From Candidatus Spongiisociaceae bacterium (GTDB lineage: Bacteria > Actinomycetota > Acidimicrobiia > Spongiisociales > Spongiisociaceae), in contig OZ253564.1 in the NCBI GenBank assembly GCA_965262915.1, forward strand, positions 1,280,001-1,344,000: a DNA stretch of 64,000 nucleotides. Reading direction: 5' to 3'. The position numbers were made by a program, and so were the translations under genes. Under the pieces are notes generated by a model. It was not told the origin of the DNA and ran no database searches. It saw nothing but the letters and a program-made list of their open reading frames with translations. Positions 19,385 through 28,987 of the stretch are shown one piece after another (position 1 is the first letter of the stretch; the number at the start of each line of letters is the position of its first letter).

Positions 19385-20386
19385 ATGGATGTGTCCGAGT
19401 CCACCGCGGCTGGGTTGCCGGACCCATGCGCCGCGCCCCTCCAGGTGCTCGCGCTCGACGGCGGGGGACTACGCGGGATCTTCACGGCGGCAACGTTGGC
19501 GGCGTGGGAGGAAGACTTCGGCACGTCGATCGCTGATCACTTCGATCTGATCGTCGGGACCTCGACCGGCGGCGTTATTGCGCTCGCGCTAGGGCTCGGC
19601 GTGTCCCCGGCCGAGATCCTGTCGATCTATGTCGATCACGGCGACCGTATCTTCCCGCCAGCGCAGCGAACGCGTCGCGGATTGTGGCGACGGCTTCGAC
19701 GACCTCGATACAGCGCTATCGACCTGCGCGCGGTGTTGCAGGACTGCTTTGGCAATCAGATTCTCGGGGACTCGCGAGTGCGGCTCGCCATTCCAAGCTA
19801 CGACCTGGCCGCTGATCACGTCCACCTCTTTCGCACCCCGCACCATCCAGATCTCCGACGCGACTGGCGAGTGCCGGTCGTCGACGTCGCGTTGGCCACC
19901 ACAGCAGCACCGACATTCCTCCCCGCCCATCGGATGGATGCGCACCGTCTGATCGATGGTGGTGTATGGGCTCACAACCCCACGCTGGTAGGCGTGGCGG
20001 AATGCTTCGATCGCCTCGGGGGAGAACGCGGCCGCATCCGTGTTCTCAGTGTGGGTACTACAAGCGAGATCCGCGAACGGCGACCCGCCCTCGACAACGG
20101 AGGACTCCTCGCATGGCGCTCTGACGGTCTCGATGTGATGCTGCGGGGCCAATGCCTCGCGGCAACTAACCACGCCCGCCTCATTCTCGGGCGACACAAC
20201 GTGGTGCGGGTGGACGTGTCGACCCCCGAAGGCCTCCACACTCTTGACTTGGTGACCACACAGGACCTGATCGGACGCGCCCACGCAGAAAGCCGCACCC
20301 GGTCGCCAGCGCTGGCAGATCTCCTCAAGCATTCCCCCTCAAAGTACGACCCCTTCTATTGCAAGGAGCATCCCCATGGCCAATGA
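19385..20386 (+). CDS. capV: Patatin-like phospholipase, CBASS effector (CapV-like)
   Basis: DGGGLRG, GTSTG, AAPTF, IDGG; overlaps the CD-NTase start. Confidence 0.9.
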   Translation: MDVSESTAAGLPDPCAAPLQVLALDGGGLRGIFTAATLAAWEEDFGTSIADHFDLIVGTSTGGVIALALGLGVSPAEILSIYVDHGDRIFPPAQRTRRGLWRRLRRPRYSAIDLRAVLQDCFGNQILGDSRVRLAIPSYDLAADHVHLFRTPHHPDLRRDWRVPVVDVALATTAAPTFLPAHRMDAHRLIDGGVWAHNPTLVGVAECFDRLGGERGRIRVLSVGTTSEIRERRPALDNGGLLAWRSDGLDVMLRGQCLAATNHARLILGRHNVVRVDVSTPEGLHTLDLVTTQDLIGRAHAESRTRSPALADLLKHSPSKYDPFYCKEHPHGQ

Positions 20387-21506
20387 CGACCTCCGGTTGA
20401 TCTCGCAACTGCTCGGCGCCTCGGTCGAGGTGCTCGACATCTCAGCCGAGCAGTACGAACTCGCAGTGTGTCGGTACGAAGACCTCGGCCAGTGGCTCGT
20501 CACGCAAGGCATCGGCGATCCCGACGTGTACCCACAGGGCTCGTTCCGGCTGGGAACGGTCGTGCGGCCAACCAACAGCAGCGACTTCGATATCGACCTT
20601 GTCTTCCTCCGGTCCCTGGCCAAGGAGTCGATCACCCAGAAGGAACTCCGCTCCCAGGCGGGGAAGCTGCTGCGGGCCTACATCGCCACTCGCGGAGACG
20701 AGAACGGGAACCCGGGGTTGGAGGAGAAAAGCCGCTGCTGGACACTTGTCTATACCAACGACAAGTTCCACATGGACGTGCTACCGGTCATCCCCGATCC
20801 CGACGGCGACGACACTGCCATCCTGCTCTCCGATCGTGACCTGTTCCAGTGGCAACACAGCAACCCGATCGGATACGCCGACTGGTTCTGGAGATCCATG
20901 GGAGACGCCGTTGAGATCGGCAGAGCCCAACTGGCCACGACCCTCAGCCGAGACGTCGAAGACGTCCCCCGGTGGCTGGTGCGGACCACGCTGCAGCGTG
21001 TTGTCCAACTCCTCAAGCTGCACCGCGACACCTTCTTCCGCAACCAGCCCCGAGACAAGCCCGCCTCCATTCTCATCACGACTCTGGCAACTCACGCGTA
21101 CAGCGGCGAGAGCGACCTATACGAGGCGTACCGGAAGATCGCGTACAACCTCCCCTCCCATATCGAACGGCGCAACCGCAAGTTCTGGGTTCCGAACCCA
21201 GCCCACGAGGAGGAAAACTTTGCAGACAAGTGGAACACGAACCCGGCCCGTAAAGCGCACTTTGATCGGTGGGCTCAGGCCCTGACCGCCGATGCCGACC
21301 GGTGGATCGGCAGCGCCGGCGTCGACGAAGCGGTGCGGTCACTCGGCGCTGCACTTGGAAGTGCGCCGGTGCAAGCGGGAGCGAAGCGCGTAGCGACGAG
21401 ACTTTCCTCCGCCACAGCAAGCGGCGCCCTCGCCGTCACCCAGCGCGGGAGGTTGACTCAGGGGCGGGGCACCGAGATCCCGCGCCACGACTTCCATGGC
21501 CAGTAA
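20376..21506 (+). CDS. cGAS/DncV-like nucleotidyltransferase (CD-NTase, SMODS)
   Basis: QGSFRLGTVVRP...DFDIDL, HMDVLP, SNPIGYADWF, NPAHEEENFADKW; C-terminus RHDFHGQ. Confidence 0.9.
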   Translation: MANDDLRLISQLLGASVEVLDISAEQYELAVCRYEDLGQWLVTQGIGDPDVYPQGSFRLGTVVRPTNSSDFDIDLVFLRSLAKESITQKELRSQAGKLLRAYIATRGDENGNPGLEEKSRCWTLVYTNDKFHMDVLPVIPDPDGDDTAILLSDRDLFQWQHSNPIGYADWFWRSMGDAVEIGRAQLATTLSRDVEDVPRWLVRTTLQRVVQLLKLHRDTFFRNQPRDKPASILITTLATHAYSGESDLYEAYRKIAYNLPSHIERRNRKFWVPNPAHEEENFADKWNTNPARKAHFDRWAQALTADADRWIGSAGVDEAVRSLGAALGSAPVQAGAKRVATRLSSATASGALAVTQRGRLTQGRGTEIPRHDFHGQ

Positions 21507-21966
21507 CCGCCTACCCGGACTCTTTCGCGAGATCAAGCTACTTCGTAGCCACTATCCCGACGGGACTACGAAGCTGAAGGCGGGAACGCTGCAATGGACT
21601 GGTGAACTCCAGCCGAGTGAGATCAGCAACCTATACCTCGTGGTTCTAAGATACGCGCCGCCGAAGCACCCTCACATCATCGTACGGAAGCCCCAGTTGG
21701 TTGCCGATGCCGACGGCCACCTACCCCACAGCTACCACAACGGCAGCCTCTGTCTCTACAAACCCGGCCAGTGGGAACATGGCGATCGACTCGCTACCAC
21801 GATCCTGCCTTGGACGTGTGAGTGGCTGCTCCACTACGAGTTCTGGCGCGCAACCGGGGAGTGGTGTGGGAGTGGCGGCGACCACGCCGGTCCGGTCAAC
21901 CGGCCCAAGCACCACTCCGGGCGTCGGGGTAAGACTCGCGCCGGGCGTCGGATCGTTGCGAACTGA
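21496..21966 (+). CDS. Stand-alone E2-like protein of short type II CBASS
   Basis: WTGELQPS...Y..LRY, LPHSY...SLCLY (putative catalytic Cys), ILPWTCEWLLHYEFWRATGEW; overlaps the CD-NTase stop. Confidence 0.8.
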   Translation: MASNRLPGLFREIKLLRSHYPDGTTKLKAGTLQWTGELQPSEISNLYLVVLRYAPPKHPHIIVRKPQLVADADGHLPHSYHNGSLCLYKPGQWEHGDRLATTILPWTCEWLLHYEFWRATGEWCGSGGDHAGPVNRPKHHSGRRGKTRAGRRIVAN

Positions 21967-22379
21967 CTTCCCGCTACCCGCGATCACCTGACGGGCCGGG
22001 ACGCCCACTCGGCCCGCCCTAGAGGAGCCAGCAGGCTACGTGGGAAACATCGCAGTACCGCCACCGAGGTCCGACACCACCGCCCCCAGACAGAACGCGT
22101 AGCTGCGTCGGGCGTTTGGGGATAGCGGTTTGGCAGCGAGGAATTGTTCAACAGCGCGGTCCAGAGACGGCACCCTATCCGGGAGAAGAACAGGCTCAGC
22201 CACCCCAGGACCTTCCTTAGGAGAGATAACAGGCAGGGTTCACCGGAGGGGACGGTAACCGCTCCCCCAGCGTGTTCGGGGTTTCGTTCCGTTGTTAGGA
22301 GAGATAATGGGCCAATATCTCTCGTTTGGCACAGGCGAACCCTACCCACGGGCTTCCGGGCACCATCCGATGTGTGCCC

Positions 22380-22570
22380 TAGTCAAACCCGCCAGCGGAT
22401 GGACACTCCACCAACTACGACACTCGGCCCTCACCCACCTCGGCGAGCAAGTTGCCTCCGCTGTCCTACCCCAAGCCAAAAGCCGCCACTACGACCTTCG
22501 CGCCCTCACCCAATACACCACACCTGGCAAGAAGCGGTCGCCGTTTTCACCGCACAGTTCGACCCAGGAG
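22380..22570 (+). pseudogene. Tyrosine recombinase C-terminal remnant
   Basis: GWTLHQLRHSALTHLGE...KSRH..LRALTQY (HxLRH...H...Y); N-terminal part absent. Confidence 0.7.
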
Positions 22571-22615
22571 GCGATACCCCATGAGCCATCACACTCCAGA
22601 AACCTGAGGAAGGCG

Positions 22616-23396
22616 TTAGAGAGTTGCTGCTCGGTTGTCCTTGGCGCGATGTGGGACTGATCGGAATCCGAAGCCGATTAGGTCGCCCGCCTCCTCAACC
22701 GCAGCCCACGGATCGCATGCCTTGAGTTGCAGCAGGAAGCCGCCGTTGTGGCGCAGCATCGCTGTGGGCGCGTTCTGTGACAGCCACCGTGTCGTTGCCG
22801 CGGCGTCTAACCACTCCGGTGGCATCTGTTGGCCGTGCCGTGCGAGGGCGATGAACGGCACGAGAACATCCCAGAGGCGAGGTTGACGGCGTGCGACCTC
22901 TTCGGCCTTCGCCGAACACTTCCGCGAGGCTTGCCGGGTTTCTCCTTTTCGCAAGCCATGTCACCCAGCGGTGAAGGTAATCGGGGCTGAAACCCAACCC
23001 CAATAGGTGGCCTGCGAGGGTCCTTGACGCCTCCTCCGGTGCGAGCGCCTCGGGCTCGGAGGATAGGACTTGGCTCCAGTGAGCGAGGTAGTCCGTCGTG
23101 ATGCCTGAGAGAAGGTCATCTGGTTGATGTCGGGCGATCGGGCTTCTAGGCGACTCCTGCAGTTTGCGGAGTGTGGCGGTCAGGGCCGACCGAACCGCCG
23201 ACGGCCCCAGACCGAGATCTGGACCCGATCTGCGCTGCGCCATTCGTGCCAACTCTTTGACGGTCGCGGCGCGGTGGCCACTGGCAAGCAGGTCGACAGC
23301 CTCAAGGGTCTCCTGCAAGACAGTGACAGTCCCGGGGTTCCAGAGCCGCCGCTGCCAATTGGTGCGCCGCCCGAAGTAGTCGAGCAGTCGTGCCAT
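22616..23396 (-). pseudogene. Frameshifted and truncated hypothetical gene
   Basis: Protein-like sequence of ORF 23396-22695 continues in ORF 22954-22616 after a shift near 22920. Confidence 0.5.
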
Positions 23397-23810
23397 GACC
23401 AGAGCGGGCGCATTCTGAGCATCTCCTGTGCTCTAATCTGCTGCAGGATTCATATCCGACTTCTATCCGGGGAGAGCCGCCCTCCGGGGCCGCTCTCCCC
23501 GGCTACTTTTCCTCGCGCCGAGCGGCCCCAGTGCCGTGATCGTGGGTTGTCGCGGCCTACCGGGGAGGAGCAACCAGTAGCTTGGCAACTGTCCACGAGG
23601 GCTTCCCTTTCTGAGTCGTAGACTTCTTTCACCCACAACTCAACCAGGTACGCCCTCAAATCAAGTGTCAATAACGTCCAAGGGAAATACCGCTTGTGGC
23701 TAGTGGCTAGATCAGCCTGTAATAGTAGTAAGTGGGGTACAACGACCACTGACCACTGACCAGCGGCTCCGCTGGTACCCTCGGATCCCTCGTGGAACCG
23801 GTGGTGTGAC

Positions 23811-24218
23811 GTGGACCTTGAACTGACAGCAGCGATCGAGAAGATCCACACTCCCGCCGGATGGGTGCATCTGGCCACGATCGGCCCGGACGGCAGCCCG
23901 CACGTGGCGCCGATGATGATGGCGGTGGGTGACGGGGTTCTGCTGTTCAGCCTCACCGGCAAGCAGAAGAAACGCAATCTCGAGCGCGACCCGCGCGCGA
24001 CGGTGTCGCTGGCAGAGGCCGGTACCCTCGGCCACGTGATTGCCTGGGGCTCCATCGAGATGCGCCACGATGACGAAGCCCAAGTCCTCTGGGAGGGCAT
24101 GATCAAGAACGCTTTCGGCGAGTCCGGACTGGTGAACCGGGATCGCCGGTTGAGCCTGGACGGAACGAGCCTCGGTGTGATGACCGTTTCGCGGCACAGG
24201 ATCTACGGAATCACGTGA
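23811..24218 (+). CDS. PPOX-class (split-barrel) F420/FMN-binding oxidoreductase
   Basis: HLATIGPDGSPHVAPM...KQKKRNLERDPRATV. Confidence 0.85.
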   Translation: MDLELTAAIEKIHTPAGWVHLATIGPDGSPHVAPMMMAVGDGVLLFSLTGKQKKRNLERDPRATVSLAEAGTLGHVIAWGSIEMRHDDEAQVLWEGMIKNAFGESGLVNRDRRLSLDGTSLGVMTVSRHRIYGIT

Positions 24219-25021
24219 CCGCCGCAGTGCGCCGGGCGTATTCGGATTACCGGCACGGGCAACTGCACTATCGGATAGCAGGTTCGAGGGAATCCGACCG
24301 TACCCCCCTGATGTGTTTCCACCTCAGTCCCGTGTCGGGATTGGTCTACGAGCGACTGCTCGCCGAGATGGGCAAGGATCGGCTGGCTGTCGCGCCGGAC
24401 AATCCCGGTTTCGGCGGTTCGGATCCTCCGGACTCACCCCCCACCATCGGCGGTTACGCGGCGGTGATGGGGGAGTTCGCCGATTGGTTGGAGATCGGAT
24501 CGGTAGATGTGATCGGTTACCACACCGGCGCCAAGATCGGTATCGAACTGTCGCTGCAACGACCCGAGTTGGTGCGCAAGCTGGTGTTGGTGTCGACGCC
24601 GGTGTACACCGAGGAGGAACTGGCCCGCCAGCATGCAACGCTGGGGAAACCTAGCTGGTTCGACGAGAAGGGTGGCCACTTGCTCGAGGTGTGGGACGGG
24701 CACTGGGAGTGGCGCGGCCCTGGCCAGACCATCGAGATGGTTCACGAGACGGTCGCAGAAGTGTTCCGGGCCGGAAGCCGGGCCTGGTGGGGTCATCGGG
24801 CGGCCTTCGAATACCAGATGGGCGACCGGCTTCCGCTTGTCACCCACCCGACGCTGGTGCTGTGCCCGCACGACGACCTCCTCGAGCCCACCAGACGTTC
24901 GGAACCGCTGATCCGCAACGGACGACTCCTCGAACTACCGGATCGGGGCCACGGCATGATGGACGTACATACAGAGGAGTTCGCCTCCATACTCAGGGGT
25001 TTTCTCGACGAGGACTGCTGA
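24215..25021 (+). CDS. Alpha/beta hydrolase-fold protein, His at the nucleophile elbow
   Basis: APDNPGFGGSD, GYHTG, C-terminal GHG. Confidence 0.85.
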   Translation: MTAAVRRAYSDYRHGQLHYRIAGSRESDRTPLMCFHLSPVSGLVYERLLAEMGKDRLAVAPDNPGFGGSDPPDSPPTIGGYAAVMGEFADWLEIGSVDVIGYHTGAKIGIELSLQRPELVRKLVLVSTPVYTEEELARQHATLGKPSWFDEKGGHLLEVWDGHWEWRGPGQTIEMVHETVAEVFRAGSRAWWGHRAAFEYQMGDRLPLVTHPTLVLCPHDDLLEPTRRSEPLIRNGRLLELPDRGHGMMDVHTEEFASILRGFLDEDC

Positions 25022-25070
25022 CGGCACGGCCTTCGGTCTTGCACATCGTCGTGCCCGTCTTCACCTGTCC

Positions 25071-25100
25071 GGATATACCGTGCAATCCGCGTATATATCC
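25071..25100. promoter_or_regulatory. Inverted repeat before vapB (likely autoregulatory operator)
   Basis: GGATATA-N16-TATATCC ending 6 bp before the GTG start. Confidence 0.55.
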
Positions 25101-25106
25101 AGCGAT

Positions 25107-25301
25107 GTGGGAAAGCACTTGGTAGACATAGATGAGAAGGCATTGAGCGCGGCGCGTGCCGAGATGGGAACGGCAACGATCAAGAAAACGGTGAACAGGG
25201 CGCTTCGCCTCGCTACCTCCGGCCGTGACTCCCGGGTAGCCAGGGCTCTCGATGTCCTTGCTGATGCCGAGTACCAGGAACGTTCCCAGGCGTGGCGTTG
25301 A
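25107..25301 (+). CDS. vapB: VapB antitoxin
   Basis: VDIDEKALSAARAEMGTATIKKTVNRAL; overlaps the PIN gene. Confidence 0.85.
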   Translation: MGKHLVDIDEKALSAARAEMGTATIKKTVNRALRLATSGRDSRVARALDVLADAEYQERSQAWR

Positions 25302-25705
25302 GCCATCTCCTGGATACAAGCGTATTGACCCGCCTCAACCAGCCCTCGGTGAGAGCGGTGATTGAACCACTGATCGCCAGTGGCCAAGCGGCTCGTGCCG
25401 CCATAAGCGATCTGGAGATCGGCTTCGCGGCACGCAACGACACCGAATGGGATAGACGCATGCGCGCGCTTGAGGTTCTTGCACCGGTCGAGACATCGGC
25501 CCGGCACGTTCGGAGGGCACGGCAAGTCCAGCGCATGCTGGCCGCCAGGAGTCAGAGGGGCCGCAAGATTCCCGATCTGCTGGTAGCGGCCGCAGCAGAA
25601 CAGGTGGGTTATACGGTGTTGCATTACGACCGAGACTTCGACCTGATCTCCTCGGTTACCGGACAATCCTCCGAGTGGGTAGTCCCCCCGGGGAGCATTG
25701 ACTAG
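25292..25705 (+). CDS. vapC: VapC PIN-domain toxin
   Basis: LLDTSV, LEIGF, IPDLLVAAAA, LHYDRDFD. Confidence 0.9.
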   Translation: MALSHLLDTSVLTRLNQPSVRAVIEPLIASGQAARAAISDLEIGFAARNDTEWDRRMRALEVLAPVETSARHVRRARQVQRMLAARSQRGRKIPDLLVAAAAEQVGYTVLHYDRDFDLISSVTGQSSEWVVPPGSID

Positions 25706-25725
25706 ATGTCGTATAGCATCCGCAC

Positions 25726-25977
25726 ATGACCTTCATCATCACCGAGGCCTGTATCGACGAGAAGGACGCCTCGTGTGTCGACGTGTGTCCGGTGGACTGC
25801 ATCCACGAGGGTGAGGACCAGTTCTACATCGACCCCATCGAGTGCGTCGACTGCTACGCGTGCGTGCCGGTGTGCCCGGTGAAGGCGATCTATCCGGAGG
25901 ACGAGGTACCGGAGCGCTACGCCGCATACATCGACAGTAACTACCTGTATTTCGGCGTAACGCCACCCGGCCGCTGA
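25726..25977 (+). CDS. Ferredoxin (FdxA-like, two-cluster)
   Basis: CIDEKDASCVDVCPVDCI...CVDCYACVPVCP. Confidence 0.9.
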   Translation: MTFIITEACIDEKDASCVDVCPVDCIHEGEDQFYIDPIECVDCYACVPVCPVKAIYPEDEVPERYAAYIDSNYLYFGVTPPGR

Positions 25978-25987
25978 ACGGCTCGCG

Positions 25988-26701
25988 GTGAAGCACAGGA
26001 CGGTCACGGGCCGGATCACCTACCGGCGTTTCGACGGCCGGGTCCGCGGGCACGAGAGCTTCCACCTCACCGTACATACCGGCGGCGACCGCACCATCAG
26101 GGCAGTGTCGGAGATCTACGACACGGGCATCCTCCGGGATGTCACCTACACGGTCGACCGGCGTTGGCAGCCGAAGGACGCGGCGATCCGGCTCCGGATA
26201 CAGGACGAGTTCGTGGGGTCGAGTTGGTTCCGTTTCGACGGTCGGCATGCCGAGTGCGAGGCGTTCCTTGCGGACGGGGGTCGGATAAGCCAGCAGATGC
26301 TCCTGGACGTGCCCCCGTCTAGCTTCAACCCCCATCCGGTACAGCTGGATATGTGGCACTTCGGGCCTTACCGCCCCGGTGCCGGACGGGTACAGACCAT
26401 CAAGGTACTGACGGCCTCGCCACTTCACGACGGCGCATCCGGACCCCTGCTTACCGCCCTCGACCTACCCATCGAATACATAGGGCCGGAGAGGATCACG
26501 GTCGAGGCGGGCACCTTCGACACCCATTACTTCCGGTTCCTCCACGCAGTCGACTGGCCTCCCCAGGACGCGTGGTGCTACGGGGATGACCTGATCCTCG
26601 TACGGATGGACTGGAAGCTGACGGGAACCAGGTACGAGTTGGTCGAACTCGCCCAGGAGCGTGGTGTGAAACCCTTCACGGCCCGTCGACCGATGACATA
26701 A
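25988..26701 (+). CDS. Hypothetical beta-rich protein (DUF3108-like), paralog of 27702-28409
   Basis: Shared segments RDVTYTVD..WQP.DA..RL, GS.WFRF, Y.GPE..TVEAGTF.T..FRF. Confidence 0.7.
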   Translation: MKHRTVTGRITYRRFDGRVRGHESFHLTVHTGGDRTIRAVSEIYDTGILRDVTYTVDRRWQPKDAAIRLRIQDEFVGSSWFRFDGRHAECEAFLADGGRISQQMLLDVPPSSFNPHPVQLDMWHFGPYRPGAGRVQTIKVLTASPLHDGASGPLLTALDLPIEYIGPERITVEAGTFDTHYFRFLHAVDWPPQDAWCYGDDLILVRMDWKLTGTRYELVELAQERGVKPFTARRPMT

Positions 26702-26769
26702 TACCTGTTCAGAGGAAGACGGGCCCGCTGCTCTCCACCGTTTTGGGCCACCCCCCTAACCGCGGACGG

Positions 26770-27705
26770 TCAGGGTCCTAGGACCAAGGGCAGATCGGGG
26801 TCACGAGCCCACTCGGTCATCGAACCGTCGTACACGGCCACATCCTCACGGCCGAGAAGGAGCAGGGCGAAGGCATCAGTAGTAGCGGAGATCCCCCCAC
26901 CGCAGTAGGTGATGATCCGCTCCGACTCCAGTACCCCCGCCTGTTCGAAGTGGGCGCCCAGTTCGTCGGCCGGCTTGAAGGTGCGGTCATGGCGATCCGT
27001 CAGGTCTGCTGCGTAGACGTTCACGCTACCTTTGATGTGTCCGCGCCGGTGATAGTTCGGTACGAACTTCTCACCGGTGTGAACGGCAGGAGGGAGCGCG
27101 TTGACGAGGCATGTCCCAGGATCGTCCAAGGCGTCCAAAACCTCCTCCCGGCCCACGATGAGCCCGGTGTGTGGGACGGCGACGAACCGAGCGGGGGGGA
27201 AGGGCACAGTGTCGGTAGTCAGCGGTCGATCCTCCCGGCTCCACTTGTCGAACCCGCCGTTGAGAACCCGGACGTTGTCGAACCCGAACGCGCGGAACAT
27301 GAAGAAGAGGCGGGTCGCCCAGTAGTTTATGCCCCGGCTGTAGAGGACGACATCGTGTTCGTTACCGACGCCCCGATCGGACATCACCCGGGCGAACTGT
27401 TCCGCAGGCGGAAGCATGAACTTCAGATGCGGGTGGTCGTCGGCGAGTTCGTCGGACAGGTCCACATAGACGGAGCCCGGGATATGTGCCTCCACCCAGG
27501 CATCCGAGCCGGACCGGACGGTGTATCCACCGTCCGCCAGGCGATCCAGGAAGATGTTGCAGTCTATGATCCGCAGGCCCGGATCCCCGAGCCTCACCTC
27601 GAGTTCGTCGGTCTCGATTATGAGCTCGGGCCGCGCATAGCCATACGGACAGGGATCCGGCGCGGAGCTTCGTTCGCTTCGCTCGGGTCGGATCGTCTTG
27701 TTCAT
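26770..27705 (-). CDS. Two-domain rhodanese/sulfurtransferase
   Basis: HIPGSV, VLNGGFDKW, YCGGG, YDGSMTEW. Confidence 0.9.
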   Translation of the reverse strand: MNKTIRPERSERSSAPDPCPYGYARPELIIETDELEVRLGDPGLRIIDCNIFLDRLADGGYTVRSGSDAWVEAHIPGSVYVDLSDELADDHPHLKFMLPPAEQFARVMSDRGVGNEHDVVLYSRGINYWATRLFFMFRAFGFDNVRVLNGGFDKWSREDRPLTTDTVPFPPARFVAVPHTGLIVGREEVLDALDDPGTCLVNALPPAVHTGEKFVPNYHRRGHIKGSVNVYAADLTDRHDRTFKPADELGAHFEQAGVLESERIITYCGGGISATTDAFALLLLGREDVAVYDGSMTEWARDPDLPLVLGP

Positions 27706-28409
27706 CCTTCCAGATCCACGAGTTCATAGGTGGTGGCCATTACGTCGAATCGGACCTTGACGATGATCAGATCCTCCGGCAGGCACCAGATGTCCTCCGG
27801 TATCGACTCCTCTCCGAGGAGGAAGCGGAAGTGATCAGTCTCGAAGGTACCGGCTTCCACGGTGACCGTTTCCGGTCCCACGTATTCGATCCGGAACTCG
27901 TCGGTGCTCACCCCGCCGGTCTCCAGCACCGTCCTGCTCAGGAACGGGCCCGACGCGCCATCCGGCCGGGGAGAGCTCATCAACGTCCCCTTGATGGTCT
28001 GGATCCTGATCCCGCTGTCCATGTCGAAGGCGCCTATGTGCCACACATCGCACGCCACCGGATGCGGACCGAAGGATGGCGGGAGTCCGTTCAGCTTCAT
28101 CCGCTGGGAAATGCGCCCGGCATCCGCGGTGTAGGTCTCGCACTCCGCGTACTCGCCGGTGAAACGGAACCAGCCGCTTCCCATGAACTCGTCGTTCTCG
28201 GTCAACCGGACGAAGGCATCCACGGGCTGCCAATTGTCGTCGACGGTGTAGGTGACATCGCGTACCAGACCGGTGTTGAGGACCTCCACGAAGGAACGGA
28301 TCGTCCGATGACCGCCGCCATGCTTGGTGACGGTGAACCACTCACGGCCCCGTTCTCCCAACGTGTCACTCCGGTACACGACCTTGCCACGATAGGTCTC
28401 GTGCTTCAT
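27702..28409 (-). CDS. Hypothetical beta-rich protein (DUF3108-like)
   Basis: Paralog of 25988-26701; start and stop overlap the neighbouring genes. Confidence 0.7.
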   Translation of the reverse strand: MKHETYRGKVVYRSDTLGERGREWFTVTKHGGGHRTIRSFVEVLNTGLVRDVTYTVDDNWQPVDAFVRLTENDEFMGSGWFRFTGEYAECETYTADAGRISQRMKLNGLPPSFGPHPVACDVWHIGAFDMDSGIRIQTIKGTLMSSPRPDGASGPFLSRTVLETGGVSTDEFRIEYVGPETVTVEAGTFETDHFRFLLGEESIPEDIWCLPEDLIIVKVRFDVMATTYELVDLEG

Positions 28410-28987
28410 GAGGTCTCCTTGGTTCGGCGTTCGATGAGTTCGATCTTCTCGCCCAGGTCACCGGAGAACACGGCGCACCTTCCCCCGTTGTAAGGGGGTA
28501 TGTCGACGCTGGATACCGGGCCCACGGTCGGGTATCCGGCGTTCTCCATGGACTCTACGGCGGCATCGAAGCTGCTCGTGTAGAAGGAGAGGAGACCGAA
28601 CCCGGGTGGAAGTTCGTTCGCCGGATGGGTTCGCATGGGACGGTCGGCAGGGAATCGGTCCACTTCCACCCTTGTCCGACCCTGCGGCGCCAGAACGGTG
28701 AACTCGTAGACGTGGTCGAGCGGTAGGCCGGCCTGCCTCGAGATCATCCCGACCGCGGCCTCGAATCTCCAGGCAGGGTTCATCCCCAGCCCCCGTATGT
28801 AAGGCGTGAGCTGTGTGTCCGGGTCGGAGATCCCCCAAGCCCGGGCTAGAGGCAGACCCAGCCGCCCCTCGTGACGTAACTCGTATCCGAACAGACATCG
28901 GTACGCTGCCACGGAATCGCCCATCGCGCCTTCAGGGACTGTGACCGTTCCCGTTGCCAGGTCATGTACCAGTGGTCGCAGCGTCAT
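28406..28987 (-). CDS. VOC/glyoxalase-like hypothetical protein
   Basis: 3' part of ORF 28406-29782 from an ATG coupled to the upstream stop (ATGA); ends GDLGEKIELIE. Confidence 0.55.
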   Translation of the reverse strand: MTLRPLVHDLATGTVTVPEGAMGDSVAAYRCLFGYELRHEGRLGLPLARAWGISDPDTQLTPYIRGLGMNPAWRFEAAVGMISRQAGLPLDHVYEFTVLAPQGRTRVEVDRFPADRPMRTHPANELPPGFGLLSFYTSSFDAAVESMENAGYPTVGPVSSVDIPPYNGGRCAVFSGDLGEKIELIERRTKETS

